Made by a program: the position numbers and the translations under genes. Shown one piece after another: positions 34,654 through 44,002 of a stretch of 64,000 nt of DNA; within the stretch, counting starts at the first letter, position 1; every line of letters begins with the position of its first letter. Origin of the DNA: an uncultured Lishizhenia sp. (GTDB lineage Bacteria; Bacteroidota; Bacteroidia; Flavobacteriales_D; Crocinitomicaceae); assembly GCA_964506255.1 (NCBI GenBank), contig CAZDKE010000005.1, forward strand, positions 2,876-66,875. The letters are read 5' to 3'. The notes beneath the pieces are model-generated. The model worked only from the letters and a program-made list of their open reading frames with translations, ran no database searches and was not told the DNA's origin.

Positions 34654-37134
34654 ATGAACACAAATAAAAATTTCCAATTATCGGAAGTCGTTCATCACCT
34701 CAAACATTATTTACCTGCACAGGCACCTCTTAAAGATTTTATTCATCACAATACCCTTCATGCATTTCAAAGTGACAATTTTCACGATGCATTAAACGAA
34801 GCTAATAAAATTTTTGGATACAAAACCTACTTACAGATTGAGGATTTTCGACGACTTTTTAATGAAGGAAAAATAGATAAAGAAATTGTAATGCGATTTA
34901 TTCCATCAGAAAATCAAGCGATTTGGATGGATAAATTACTGAATCAAAAATGGGATGAAAGTAGTGTCCCACGTTGTGGATTACTCAGAAATCAGTGGAA
35001 AGAAAATTTCCATATCGATTTGGATTCAATGACACATCCGCTTTTATTCAGAATTGTGAGTAGTTACCTCGATCAAGGTATTTCAATTTGGAATTTCCCT
35101 GTTCATCACGTTGGATTTTTGCAAGCAATTCGCATTTTAGAATCCAATGGAACAGTTAGTTTTTTTAAAACGAAAAGAGCAAAAGCCTTATTAGCAAAAG
35201 AAGAAACAACAATTGAAGATCTTTTAAAATTGGTTGTTGGAAACGAAAAATGGTTTGAATATTACCTTTTTGATCAACAATTTGCGCATCCGGGTTATTC
35301 AGGAATTGTTGCAGTTTTAGAAGATAATCCAAATTTGTTAATTGATAATCGTACCGTTTCATTGACAGAATTCATGTTTTTTGAGTTGCTTCTTGAAATT
35401 GACACCTTAGATAATTACTTTGGTGAAATTTGGGCACCGATTTCTGTTAAAATGACAACGGATTTAGTTCCGCTTTTTGCACCAGTAGCAGTAGATGAGC
35501 TCAATGAAGTTAGAAGAATCTGGCAAGAAGCTTATGAATGGACTTATTATGATGAAGTAATAAATGGTATTTTACACAAACATCAAAGCGTTCTAGCAGA
35601 AACAGAATTACAGGCCTTATTTTGTATTGATGACCGCGAATGTTCAATTAGAAGACACATCGAAGAACAACTGCCAGGTGCTAAAACGTATGGAACAGCT
35701 GGGTTTTTCAATGTTGAGTTTTATTTTCAACCCGCTAATTCTGATTTTAGAACAAAAGTTTGTCCTGCGCCATTAACTCCCAAATATCTAGTAAAAGAAA
35801 TCATAGGCGATAAAAAGCAATCCACTGATTTTCATTTCCATAAACGAGCGCATGGTTTAGTTTTTGGTTGGTTGATTACGCACACGATTGGATTTTGGTC
35901 AGCATTGAAATTAGTTGGTTCAATTTTAAAACCTATTCAAAATGCTGCTGCTGTTTCGGCTGCTCGACACATGCATACAGATTCAGAATTGACTTATGAA
36001 AATCTTAATGGTGAAAGAACAGAGGATGGTTTGCAAATCGGATTTACAATTTCAGAAATGGCTGATCGATTGGAGGGATTGCTAAAAAGCATTGGTTTAG
36101 TTGATTGTTTTGCTCCGATAATTTATATCGTTGGACATGGTTCAAGTAGTTCCAATAATACTCATTATGCAGGTTATGATTGTGGTGCTTGTTCTGGACG
36201 TCCAGGTTCTGTTAATGCAAGGGTAATTTCAAAAATTGGAAACAATCCGAAAGTGAGAGCAATTTTAACTGAAAGAGGAATTGTTATTCCTGCATCCACA
36301 CAGTTTTTACCAGTTCTCCACGATACTTCCCGCGATGAGTTTTCCTATTTCGATACAGAGATTTTAAGTGAATCCAATAAAATAAGACAAGAGATTAATA
36401 ATGATGCATTTAATCGCGCATTGAATTTGAATGCAATGGAGCGTTCAAGAAGATTTGTCTTAGTGGATTCTCATAAAAACCTTAAAAAAGTGCATGAAGC
36501 CGTTAAATTACGTTCTGTTTCATTGTTTGAACCTCGACCAGAATTGAATCACTCTAACAATACATTGTGTATTGTTGGTCGCAGAGAAATCACTCGAAAT
36601 TTGTTCTTGGATAGAAGAGCTTTCTTAAATTCATTTGATTACCAAGTGGATCCAGAAGGTAAGTATTTATTAGGGATATTAAATGCAATCGCTCCTGTTT
36701 GTGGAGGAATTAATTTAGAATATTATTTCTCAAGAGTTGATAATCAAAAATTAGGTGCAGGCACAAAATTACCGCATAATGTGATGGGTTTAATTGGTGT
36801 AGCAAACGGGATTGATGGTGATTTACGAACAGGTTTACCAAGTCAAATGATTGAAGTTCATGATCCAATTCGATTATTAGCGATTGTGGAACATTTTTCA
36901 GAAGTGGTTTTGAAAACCATGCAAATCAATCCTGCAACGTATGAATGGTTTAAAAATGAATGGGTTCGATTAGTGGTAATTGATCCAGCTTCTAAAAAGC
37001 CATTTCTTTTTAAAAATGGTGCTTTTGAGCCGTATCATTTAGTGGATAGACAACTTCCTGAAGTGGATGATTTATTACCTGTTTTTAAGAAGGAACATAC
37101 TAATTTGCCAGTTTACGAACTTCAAACTCATTAA
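34654..37134 (+). CDS. dabA: DabA (DUF2309/UPF0753), beta-carbonic-anhydrase-like subunit of a DAB inorganic-carbon pump
   Basis: 826 aa. N-terminus ...LKHYLPAQAPLKDFIHHNTLHAF. Putative zinc ligands lie in LFCIDDRECS (Cys ~35623, Asp) and in GHGSSS...YDCGACSG (His ~36136, Cys 36181/36190). Confidence 0.85.
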   Translation: MNTNKNFQLSEVVHHLKHYLPAQAPLKDFIHHNTLHAFQSDNFHDALNEANKIFGYKTYLQIEDFRRLFNEGKIDKEIVMRFIPSENQAIWMDKLLNQKWDESSVPRCGLLRNQWKENFHIDLDSMTHPLLFRIVSSYLDQGISIWNFPVHHVGFLQAIRILESNGTVSFFKTKRAKALLAKEETTIEDLLKLVVGNEKWFEYYLFDQQFAHPGYSGIVAVLEDNPNLLIDNRTVSLTEFMFFELLLEIDTLDNYFGEIWAPISVKMTTDLVPLFAPVAVDELNEVRRIWQEAYEWTYYDEVINGILHKHQSVLAETELQALFCIDDRECSIRRHIEEQLPGAKTYGTAGFFNVEFYFQPANSDFRTKVCPAPLTPKYLVKEIIGDKKQSTDFHFHKRAHGLVFGWLITHTIGFWSALKLVGSILKPIQNAAAVSAARHMHTDSELTYENLNGERTEDGLQIGFTISEMADRLEGLLKSIGLVDCFAPIIYIVGHGSSSSNNTHYAGYDCGACSGRPGSVNARVISKIGNNPKVRAILTERGIVIPASTQFLPVLHDTSRDEFSYFDTEILSESNKIRQEINNDAFNRALNLNAMERSRRFVLVDSHKNLKKVHEAVKLRSVSLFEPRPELNHSNNTLCIVGRREITRNLFLDRRAFLNSFDYQVDPEGKYLLGILNAIAPVCGGINLEYYFSRVDNQKLGAGTKLPHNVMGLIGVANGIDGDLRTGLPSQMIEVHDPIRLLAIVEHFSEVVLKTMQINPATYEWFKNEWVRLVVIDPASKKPFLFKNGAFEPYHLVDRQLPEVDDLLPVFKKEHTNLPVYELQTH

Positions 37135-37137
37135 GCC

Positions 37138-39003
37138 ATGGAAGGATTTATTCATTTGTTTATTTTACTTCCATTTGTGAGTTTTTTCTTGAGTCTATTG
37201 ATTCCGAAGAAAAATGAACAGGCACTTTCTGTATTGGCTTACACTTCCGTTGGAATCCAGTTTTTTACAGCCTTGGTGTTCTCCGTTATTTGGATTATAA
37301 ATAAAATGCCGGTTATCAATTTGAAAGAGTTTTCGGTTTATCAAGCTTCCAATTACGACTTTTTTATTGATTTTTATTTTGATAAAATCACCTTAGTTTA
37401 CTTGATTTTAGGTTCAATGATAACGTTTGTAATTACCATTTATAGTCGTTATTATCTTCACCGAGAAGAAGGTTACAAAAGATTTTTCAATACCATTTTA
37501 TTCTTTTATCTAGGGTTTAACATCATTATTTTTTCTGGAAATGTTGAAACTTTATTTATCGGTTGGGAAATTTTGGGCTTATCTTCCTTTTTGTTAATCG
37601 CCTTTTATCGCGATCGCTATTTACCTGTAAAAAATGCGGTGAAGGTCTTTTCAATCTATCGTATTGGGGATGTTGGATTAATTTTGGTAATGTGGTTATC
37701 ACATCATTTATGGCATGAGAATATTTCATTTTTTAAACTCAATAATGCGGAACTTGTCCATTCACATTTGACGGAAAATTCACTAGTTGGATTGGCAATT
37801 TCAATGATGATATTTGTTTCAGCAGCTGCTAAATCGGCTCAATTACCTTTTTCATCGTGGTTGCCTCGTGCAATGGAAGGACCAACACCTTCAAGTGCTA
37901 TTTTTTATGGATCCTTATCGGTTCATATTGGCGCATTTTTGATGTTGCGAACTTATCCTTTTTGGGAATTTCAAACCGGATTTAGAATTTTCCTTGGTTT
38001 TGCGGGGTTCGCAACTGCAATTGTTTCCACCTTCATTGGTCGAGTTCAAAGCTCTATAAAAAGTCAAATCGCTTATTCTTCGATTGCTCAAATAGGCTTG
38101 ATTTTCATTGAAATCGCTTTAGGATTAGAAAATATTGCTTTAGTTCACATAACAGGAAATGCCTTTTTAAGAACGTATCAATTATTGGTTTCGCCTTCAA
38201 TTGTAAGTTATAAAATCAGAGAGCAGTTTTACAATTTCGTTCCTAGAGCTAAAACAATTGAAGATTCTTGGCCAAAACGAGTTGAATATGCGCTTTATAT
38301 TTTGAGTTTAAAAGAGTGGAATTTAGATAGTATGCTTTATGCTTATCTCTGGAATCCATTAAAGCGAATAGGTACATATTGGAAAATATTAAACTTTAAG
38401 TATATTTTTGTATTTGCTGGAATTGTAGTTTTTATTGGTTTGATTTTACTAAATTTCGCAACGATTATTCCTGAGAAATACAAAAGTAATTTTCCTGTTT
38501 TGTTTGCTATCGTTGGTTTTCTCATTGTTATCAAGGCATTTACAGAAAGAGATAGTGTTCGCAAAAGTTGGACATTAATTCTATTGAACCACCTAACAAT
38601 CGCAATCGCCATTTCTTTCAACGAACATTTTGATTGGATGCATCATGTTTGGTATTTAAGTGGAATCGTAACAGCCTGGTTTATTGGGTTAATAGTGTTA
38701 AACAACCTACGAAAACAAGAATGGGTAAGTTTGAATCAGTTTTATGGTCATTCGTATGAACATCCAAAAATTGCCATTCTGTTTTTGCTTTGCGCACTTG
38801 GATTGTCAGGATTTCCGATAACTCCTTCATTTGTTGGGGAGGATTTGATTTTTTCACACATTCACTACAATCAAATAGGTTTGGCTTTTTTCACTGCATT
38901 GAGCTTGATTATTAATGGACTAGCAACGATACGTATTTATGCACGTGTTTTTCTTGGTCCACATATTAAAACGTATCACGAGGTAGCAAAACGCTCTTCT
39001 TAG
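37138..39003 (+). CDS. dabB: DabB, NuoL/MrpA-like proton-conducting membrane subunit
   Basis: 621-aa polytopic protein with the NuoL/ND5 core (GWEILGLSSFLLI, AAAKSAQLPFSSWLPRAMEGPTP). It starts 3 nt after the dabA stop. Confidence 0.85.
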   Translation: MEGFIHLFILLPFVSFFLSLLIPKKNEQALSVLAYTSVGIQFFTALVFSVIWIINKMPVINLKEFSVYQASNYDFFIDFYFDKITLVYLILGSMITFVITIYSRYYLHREEGYKRFFNTILFFYLGFNIIIFSGNVETLFIGWEILGLSSFLLIAFYRDRYLPVKNAVKVFSIYRIGDVGLILVMWLSHHLWHENISFFKLNNAELVHSHLTENSLVGLAISMMIFVSAAAKSAQLPFSSWLPRAMEGPTPSSAIFYGSLSVHIGAFLMLRTYPFWEFQTGFRIFLGFAGFATAIVSTFIGRVQSSIKSQIAYSSIAQIGLIFIEIALGLENIALVHITGNAFLRTYQLLVSPSIVSYKIREQFYNFVPRAKTIEDSWPKRVEYALYILSLKEWNLDSMLYAYLWNPLKRIGTYWKILNFKYIFVFAGIVVFIGLILLNFATIIPEKYKSNFPVLFAIVGFLIVIKAFTERDSVRKSWTLILLNHLTIAIAISFNEHFDWMHHVWYLSGIVTAWFIGLIVLNNLRKQEWVSLNQFYGHSYEHPKIAILFLLCALGLSGFPITPSFVGEDLIFSHIHYNQIGLAFFTALSLIINGLATIRIYARVFLGPHIKTYHEVAKRSS

Positions 39004-39027
39004 TATTCAAAAATTAAAACATAATAA

Positions 39028-40689
39028 ATGAAAAATATAATTCCAAAAGACGGATTTGAAGGATTAAAACAAAATTTTTCAAGTGACGCAATTTCAGGTT
39101 TTTTAGTGTTTCTCTTAGCTTTACCTTTAAGTTTAGGTATTGCAGGAGCAAGTGATTTCCCACCAATTTATGGATTAGTTTCTGCAATGATTGGTGGTTT
39201 GATAGTAACCTTTTTTGTTGGTTCACCACTGACAATCAAAGGTCCAGCAGCAGGTTTGATTGTGATTGTTGCGGGAGCAGTTGCTGAATTTGGTTTAGGT
39301 GCACCGCAAGGTTCAACAGCAGAAGAAATTGGCCGTTATGGTTGGCAATTAGCCCTTGGTGCTGTAGTGGTGGCTGGTGTTTTGCAAGTAATTTTTGGAC
39401 TTTTAAAGTTAGGAGGATTAAGTGATTTTTTCCCTTTACCTGCCGTTCATGGAATGTTAGCTGCTATTGGGATAATTATCATAAGTAAGCAAATACACAT
39501 TCTTGTTGGAATGAATCCATTAACATCCGAAGGAAAAGCGATGGTTGAACCGATGGAACTGTTACAAGAAATTCCAACGACTTTATCACACATATTCTTG
39601 CATGAACATGTTGCCATTGTTGGAATTCTAAGTTTAATCATCGTCTTTGGTTGGCCTTATATCCCGATTAAATTATTAAAGAAAATTCCAGCTTCATTGG
39701 TAGTGTTAGTTGTTGCAATTCCACTCACAAAAATCTTAGATATTCACAACAGTATGGAACTGAGAAATTCTGCTGGGATGCTGATAAATAAAGGGTATAA
39801 ACCACTTTTAGAATTTGATAAAGGATTATTGGACATTATCGGAATCAATGTTTCGTTTCAAGGATTTTCGCAAATTGGCGTTTTTATCAAATATGTGGTA
39901 ATGTTTGCTTTAGTTGGAAGTTTAGAGGCTTTATTAACCTTAAAAGCAATCGATTTATTAGATCCATTTAAAAGAAAATCAAATTCTAATAAAGATTTGG
40001 TTGCCGTTGGAATTGGGAATATTATCGCTGGTGTGTTAGGAGGATTACCGATGATTAGTGAAGTTGCTCGTTCTTCTGCAAATATTAGCAATGGCGGAAA
40101 AACGCGTTGGGCCAATTTCTTTCACGGATTTTTTATCTTGATTTTCTTACTGTTTGCTGTCTATTTTTCAGATTTAATTCCAAAATCAGCTTTGGCAGCT
40201 ATGTTAATTGGAGTAGGGTGGAAGTTAGCTCATCCAAGGGAATTTGGAAGCATGATTAAAATTGGAACAGATCAGTTTTTAATTTTTGTTGTTACCATTA
40301 TTTTCACTTTGATTACCGATTTATTAATTGGTATTGCAGCAGGGATTTTACTGAAATTGATTATGCATTTGATACATGGTGTGCCAGCAAAAAGTTTATT
40401 CAACGCGCAAACAATAGTTAAAGAATCGGGTCTTGAAGTACATGGTGCTGTTGTGTTTAGCAACTTTATCAAAGTGAAAAATTTATTGAATAAATTTCCA
40501 AAAACAGAAGAAATTTTCTTGGATGTTCGGGATTGTAAACTTATTGACCACTCTGTAATTGAATCAATACATCATTTAAAAGGTGAATTCAAAGAAGAAG
40601 GTGGTTCACTAACAATTATAGGAATCGAAGAATTTAAAAATATGAACCGTTCTACGCATGAATTGGCGACCAAAAAAAAGAAAAAATGA
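39028..40689 (+). CDS. SulP family inorganic anion transporter with C-terminal STAS domain (BicA-like)
   Basis: N-terminal SulP signature (DAISGFLVFLLALPLSLGIAGAS), about 10-12 TM helices, and a C-terminal STAS-like ~110 aa. Confidence 0.85.
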   Translation: MKNIIPKDGFEGLKQNFSSDAISGFLVFLLALPLSLGIAGASDFPPIYGLVSAMIGGLIVTFFVGSPLTIKGPAAGLIVIVAGAVAEFGLGAPQGSTAEEIGRYGWQLALGAVVVAGVLQVIFGLLKLGGLSDFFPLPAVHGMLAAIGIIIISKQIHILVGMNPLTSEGKAMVEPMELLQEIPTTLSHIFLHEHVAIVGILSLIIVFGWPYIPIKLLKKIPASLVVLVVAIPLTKILDIHNSMELRNSAGMLINKGYKPLLEFDKGLLDIIGINVSFQGFSQIGVFIKYVVMFALVGSLEALLTLKAIDLLDPFKRKSNSNKDLVAVGIGNIIAGVLGGLPMISEVARSSANISNGGKTRWANFFHGFFILIFLLFAVYFSDLIPKSALAAMLIGVGWKLAHPREFGSMIKIGTDQFLIFVVTIIFTLITDLLIGIAAGILLKLIMHLIHGVPAKSLFNAQTIVKESGLEVHGAVVFSNFIKVKNLLNKFPKTEEIFLDVRDCKLIDHSVIESIHHLKGEFKEEGGSLTIIGIEEFKNMNRSTHELATKKKKK

Positions 40690-41456
40690 GATTTAAATCA
40701 TTTTTATTCGTGGTAACTATTGCTGTTTGTAATCTAGCTTTTTCTCAGAAAACGATTAGCAATCAGAATCATGCTTGGGTGACTTATTTAGGAAACCATA
40801 AATTGACAGATAAAATTAGTTTGCATACTGAATATCAATGGCGTCGTGCGGATGGATTTCAAAATTGGCAACAATCTTTGGCAAGAATTGGTATTGATTA
40901 TAATTTACTTCCAAATTTTTCTATCACAGCAGGTTATGGATGGATTGTTTCTTATCCGTATGGTGATCAAGCAATCGCACACACCTATAACGAACATCGT
41001 ATTTGGCAACAAGTTAATGCTAAGGCTAAATATGGACGATTTGAATTGCAACATCGCTATCGTTTAGAACAACGTTTCTTGGAAAATTACATCAGAAATC
41101 AAGACGGAACTTTTTCGAAAGGAGCTGATTTATTCCGTCAACGAGTCCGATATCGAGCAATGGTTTTGGTTCCATTATCGCGCAAAGAAATGTTAGATAA
41201 TACCTTGTTTTTAAACGTAAACAACGAGCTATTTCTTGGTTTTGGAAAAGGAATAGGAAAAAATATTTTAGACCAAAACCGAATGAATTTTGCTCTTGGT
41301 TGGCGCTTCAACAAAGATTTTAATGTTCAAATGGGTTATTTGAATCAATTTGTTGTGAAATCGGATGGCGTTAAAGCAGAGCGAAATCATACTTTACTCA
41401 TTTCAACCGTCCATAATATTGATTTTACAAAAAGGAAAAAAGCATTTAAGATGTAG
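40686..41456 (+). CDS. DUF2490-like predicted outer-membrane beta-barrel protein
   Basis: Signal peptide, then Tyr/Trp/Arg-rich alternating strands (HTEYQWRR, ELQHRYRLEQRF). ATGA overlap with the SulP gene. Confidence 0.65.
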   Translation: MRFKSFLFVVTIAVCNLAFSQKTISNQNHAWVTYLGNHKLTDKISLHTEYQWRRADGFQNWQQSLARIGIDYNLLPNFSITAGYGWIVSYPYGDQAIAHTYNEHRIWQQVNAKAKYGRFELQHRYRLEQRFLENYIRNQDGTFSKGADLFRQRVRYRAMVLVPLSRKEMLDNTLFLNVNNELFLGFGKGIGKNILDQNRMNFALGWRFNKDFNVQMGYLNQFVVKSDGVKAERNHTLLISTVHNIDFTKRKKAFKM

Positions 41457-41461
41457 GTAGG

Positions 41462-41522
41462 ACCTGTCACTGGAATTTAGTTTTTTAGTAATTTAACTAG
41501 AGGAAGGTGGCAGGTTTTTTTG
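41462..41522 (+). terminator. probable terminator of the dab-SulP-DUF2490 operon
   Basis: acctgtcac ... gtggcaggt, a 9-bp stem with one G-U pair and a long loop, followed by seven T. Confidence 0.5.
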
Positions 41523-41795
41523 ATTTAGATTAATTTTCAGTTCAGGAAATAAAGAATGATAAATAAATTGAAAGAATGTTTCCTACCATATTCGTTTCCT
41601 CTTTCAAGACTTATTTCAAATGGAAGTTAGAAATGTTCTTTTCTTCAACTATTCTTATTCATTATCTTTAGTTGTGTTCTTTTTTCTTTGAATGGATTTA
41701 ATGCTATTGTTTTTAAATTCAACCCTGATATCAATCGTTTTAATAAAGAAAACAAACTTTTTATAGGTTTTACCACATACTAAAACCTTGTCGTA

Positions 41796-42110
41796 TTAAT
41801 AATTTTCAAAAGGAATTTCAATGATATCAAAAGACAATTTTGCTTGGTTGATAGTATCAATTAGGCTCATTTCTGAATTTCTCAATGAACCCAAAATATA
41901 ACGGTCAATTTCAGGTAAGAAATTTTTAAAATTAGCTTTGAATTCATTGAACTTGTCAACTTGATCTTGTTTGATTTGTTTATCTTTTGCTTGAATATAC
42001 AATTCACATAAAACGCCATAACCTTCAAAAACTTGTGCATTGTGATAGGTTTCTGAATTACCTGTAAATGCTTTTATGTAGGAAAAATCTGATTTTTCTT
42101 TATAATTCAT
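41796..42110 (-). CDS. hypothetical 104-aa cytoplasmic protein
   Basis: ORF with a clean ATG, predicted helical, and no recognised motif. Confidence 0.45.
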   Translation of the reverse strand: MNYKEKSDFSYIKAFTGNSETYHNAQVFEGYGVLCELYIQAKDKQIKQDQVDKFNEFKANFKNFLPEIDRYILGSLRNSEMSLIDTINQAKLSFDIIEIPFENY

Positions 42111-42159
42111 AAAAAAGGTATTTCTAAAAAAACACCTTGTAATTTATAATCTAAATTGA

Positions 42160-43305
42160 TTATATAGATTCTATCAACCCCATAGCAATTTTCATGCGAA
42201 TAATTCTTTTTACTGAAGCGTCGGCTTTTATTTTGAAGTTCTTATCTTTTTTATAAGCTGCGAGAAGTTCTTCATGTGATTTTTTAACATCTAAAGGCAT
42301 CAATAATATATCACAACCAGCATTAATTGCTTTAAAAGAAGCTTGAGGTACGCTTGCAACTCCTCCCATATTCATAGCATCAGTAACAATCAATCCTTTG
42401 AAATTCAAGCTGTCACGCAAAAGATTTGTAACGATTTTTTCTGAACAAGTAGAAGGTAAACCATCAGTATTAAACTTTGGATTATTTACAACTGCGATGT
42501 GGGCTACCATAATTGAAAGCACTCCGTTTTTGATTAATTCAGGATAGTTTTTCACTTCTTTCATTTCTCCATCTATGGATTGTAAAGAGTGATGTGTATC
42601 GCCAGAAACCAATCCGTGACCAGGAAAATGTTTGGCCGTTGCGATTATGTTATTCTTTTGAGTTACTTGTATAAACGCATCAGACCAAGGAATTAAATTC
42701 GCAGCAACCGCACCAAAACCTCTATATCCAACCGTTTTATTAGCCGACATATCTACAACTGGAGCAAAATTAAAATTGATTCCGATTGATTTTAAATCAG
42801 TTGAAATCGTTTGAGCGACTGTATTTACTTCTTCCAAAGTAGCAACTTCATTTGCTTTTTTTACTTGTGTGGAACCCGTTATTTTACGATTTACTAAACT
42901 AGGCTCTGCATCAGCGCTATATAAGAAAGGTAAATTTCCAACTTTCTTATTGTTAGCTTCAAAATCTTTAATCCAAGTTGTAAATTCTTCTTTTGTACCA
43001 TTTAACATTAAAACTCCACCAATGATTCGCTCTTTAATGTACTGATCGATTTGTTCTTTCGTTTTTCCTAAACGACCAACAGCGGGCATAATCAATTGTG
43101 CAACTCGAGCAGTATCGTCCATTTCTTTGAAAATTCGATCAACTTCTTTGTCTAAATCTTTATTATCTGCCAAATAATCAGTTAATTGAAAACTTATCTT
43201 TGTAACAGGTTGTTTTATTTCCTTTTTAACTTCTTTGGATGGACTTTGAGCGCAACTTTGAAAAAGTAATGTACTCAGAGCAATTGCTGTAAATAATTTT
43301 GTCAT
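42160..43305 (-). CDS. glycoside hydrolase family 3 lipoprotein (NagZ-like beta-N-acetylhexosaminidase)
   Basis: Lipobox LLFQSC and the GH3 motif AKHFPGHGLVSGDTHH. Confidence 0.8.
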   Translation of the reverse strand: MTKLFTAIALSTLLFQSCAQSPSKEVKKEIKQPVTKISFQLTDYLADNKDLDKEVDRIFKEMDDTARVAQLIMPAVGRLGKTKEQIDQYIKERIIGGVLMLNGTKEEFTTWIKDFEANNKKVGNLPFLYSADAEPSLVNRKITGSTQVKKANEVATLEEVNTVAQTISTDLKSIGINFNFAPVVDMSANKTVGYRGFGAVAANLIPWSDAFIQVTQKNNIIATAKHFPGHGLVSGDTHHSLQSIDGEMKEVKNYPELIKNGVLSIMVAHIAVVNNPKFNTDGLPSTCSEKIVTNLLRDSLNFKGLIVTDAMNMGGVASVPQASFKAINAGCDILLMPLDVKKSHEELLAAYKKDKNFKIKADASVKRIIRMKIAMGLIESI

Positions 43306-43321
43306 TGATAATTAATTTGTT

Positions 43322-43329
43322 CAAATTTA
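43322..43329 (-). promoter_or_regulatory. -7 promoter box (TAAATTTG) for the GH3 gene
   Basis: Matches TAnnTTTG on the minus strand, 16 nt upstream of the ATG. Confidence 0.4.
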
Positions 43330-43419
43330 AAAATTCATTTATTTTATTTCTTCCAATGCTTAACTATTAACTAAGATTGAATAGTTGAAAACCAACCTAA
43401 TCTCTTATCAAGAATAAAT

Positions 43420-43872
43420 TTACTGAATGCTTAAAATTTCTGTAGTTTTTCCGTTAAATTGAACTTTGTCTCCTTTCGTTTTACCTATGAGTAATTCGCC
43501 AATTGGTGCTTTAGGGTTTAGTGCAAAAACGATTTCTTTATCTATTATAATAGAACCTAATCCAATGGAGAAATAATAGTTGCCATTGTTAGTTTCAACC
43601 AAGCTTCCCAAACCTACTTTAGTGTTTTTGATGCTTGGATTTATTTTAACCAAATTTTCTTGAAGTTTTAATAGTTCGTTGATTTGTTTAGTTAATTTCT
43701 CTTGTTCTAATTGAGCCATTGCAACACCAGTTTCATGTTTGTCACCGGCTGAACTTTTTGCATCCGTTCCACCAGCAGCTTCAAACATTTCGTTCAAAAT
43801 GTTTTTAAGTTCTCCAATGCGTTTTTCTAACTCGACTAATAAATGTTGGTGGATGGTTTCTTTACTGCGCAT
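43420..43872 (-). CDS. GreA/GreB C-terminal-domain-like protein with an N-terminal coiled coil
   Basis: 150 aa: coiled coil, a conserved SSAGDKHETG loop, and a C-terminal beta domain (VGLGSLV...IG..LIGK.KGD). Confidence 0.6.
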   Translation of the reverse strand: MRSKETIHQHLLVELEKRIGELKNILNEMFEAAGGTDAKSSAGDKHETGVAMAQLEQEKLTKQINELLKLQENLVKINPSIKNTKVGLGSLVETNNGNYYFSIGLGSIIIDKEIVFALNPKAPIGELLIGKTKGDKVQFNGKTTEILSIQ

Positions 43873-43945
43873 TTGGTGTTGTTCTTAAAAATTGGTGTAA
43901 AATTGAATTTTTAGTTATTAATTTTTTGATTTATTTTTTAAAAGT

Positions 43946-44002
43946 TGACTGAGGTTCTCGAAGGTAACTTTTAATGACTGAGGCGCTCAAAGGAAATTTT
44001 TA
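43946..44002. repeat. two tandem 28-nt direct repeats, 29 nt apart start to start
   Basis: tgactgaggttctcgaaggtaactttta / tgactgaggcgctcaaaggaaattttta. The second copy ends on the stop codon of the amidotransferase gene. Confidence 0.65.

Noticed and set aside
38343-40472. Several 64-92-codon minus-strand ORFs inside dabB and the SulP gene
   Set aside because: All are antisense to long membrane-protein genes with clear family signatures.
32386-44002. CRISPR-like interpretation of the 8-mer array (32386..32425) and the 28-nt tandem repeats (43946..44002)
   Set aside because: The units are directly adjacent or separated by 1 nt with no spacers. There are only 2-5 units, and no cas genes are present in the window.
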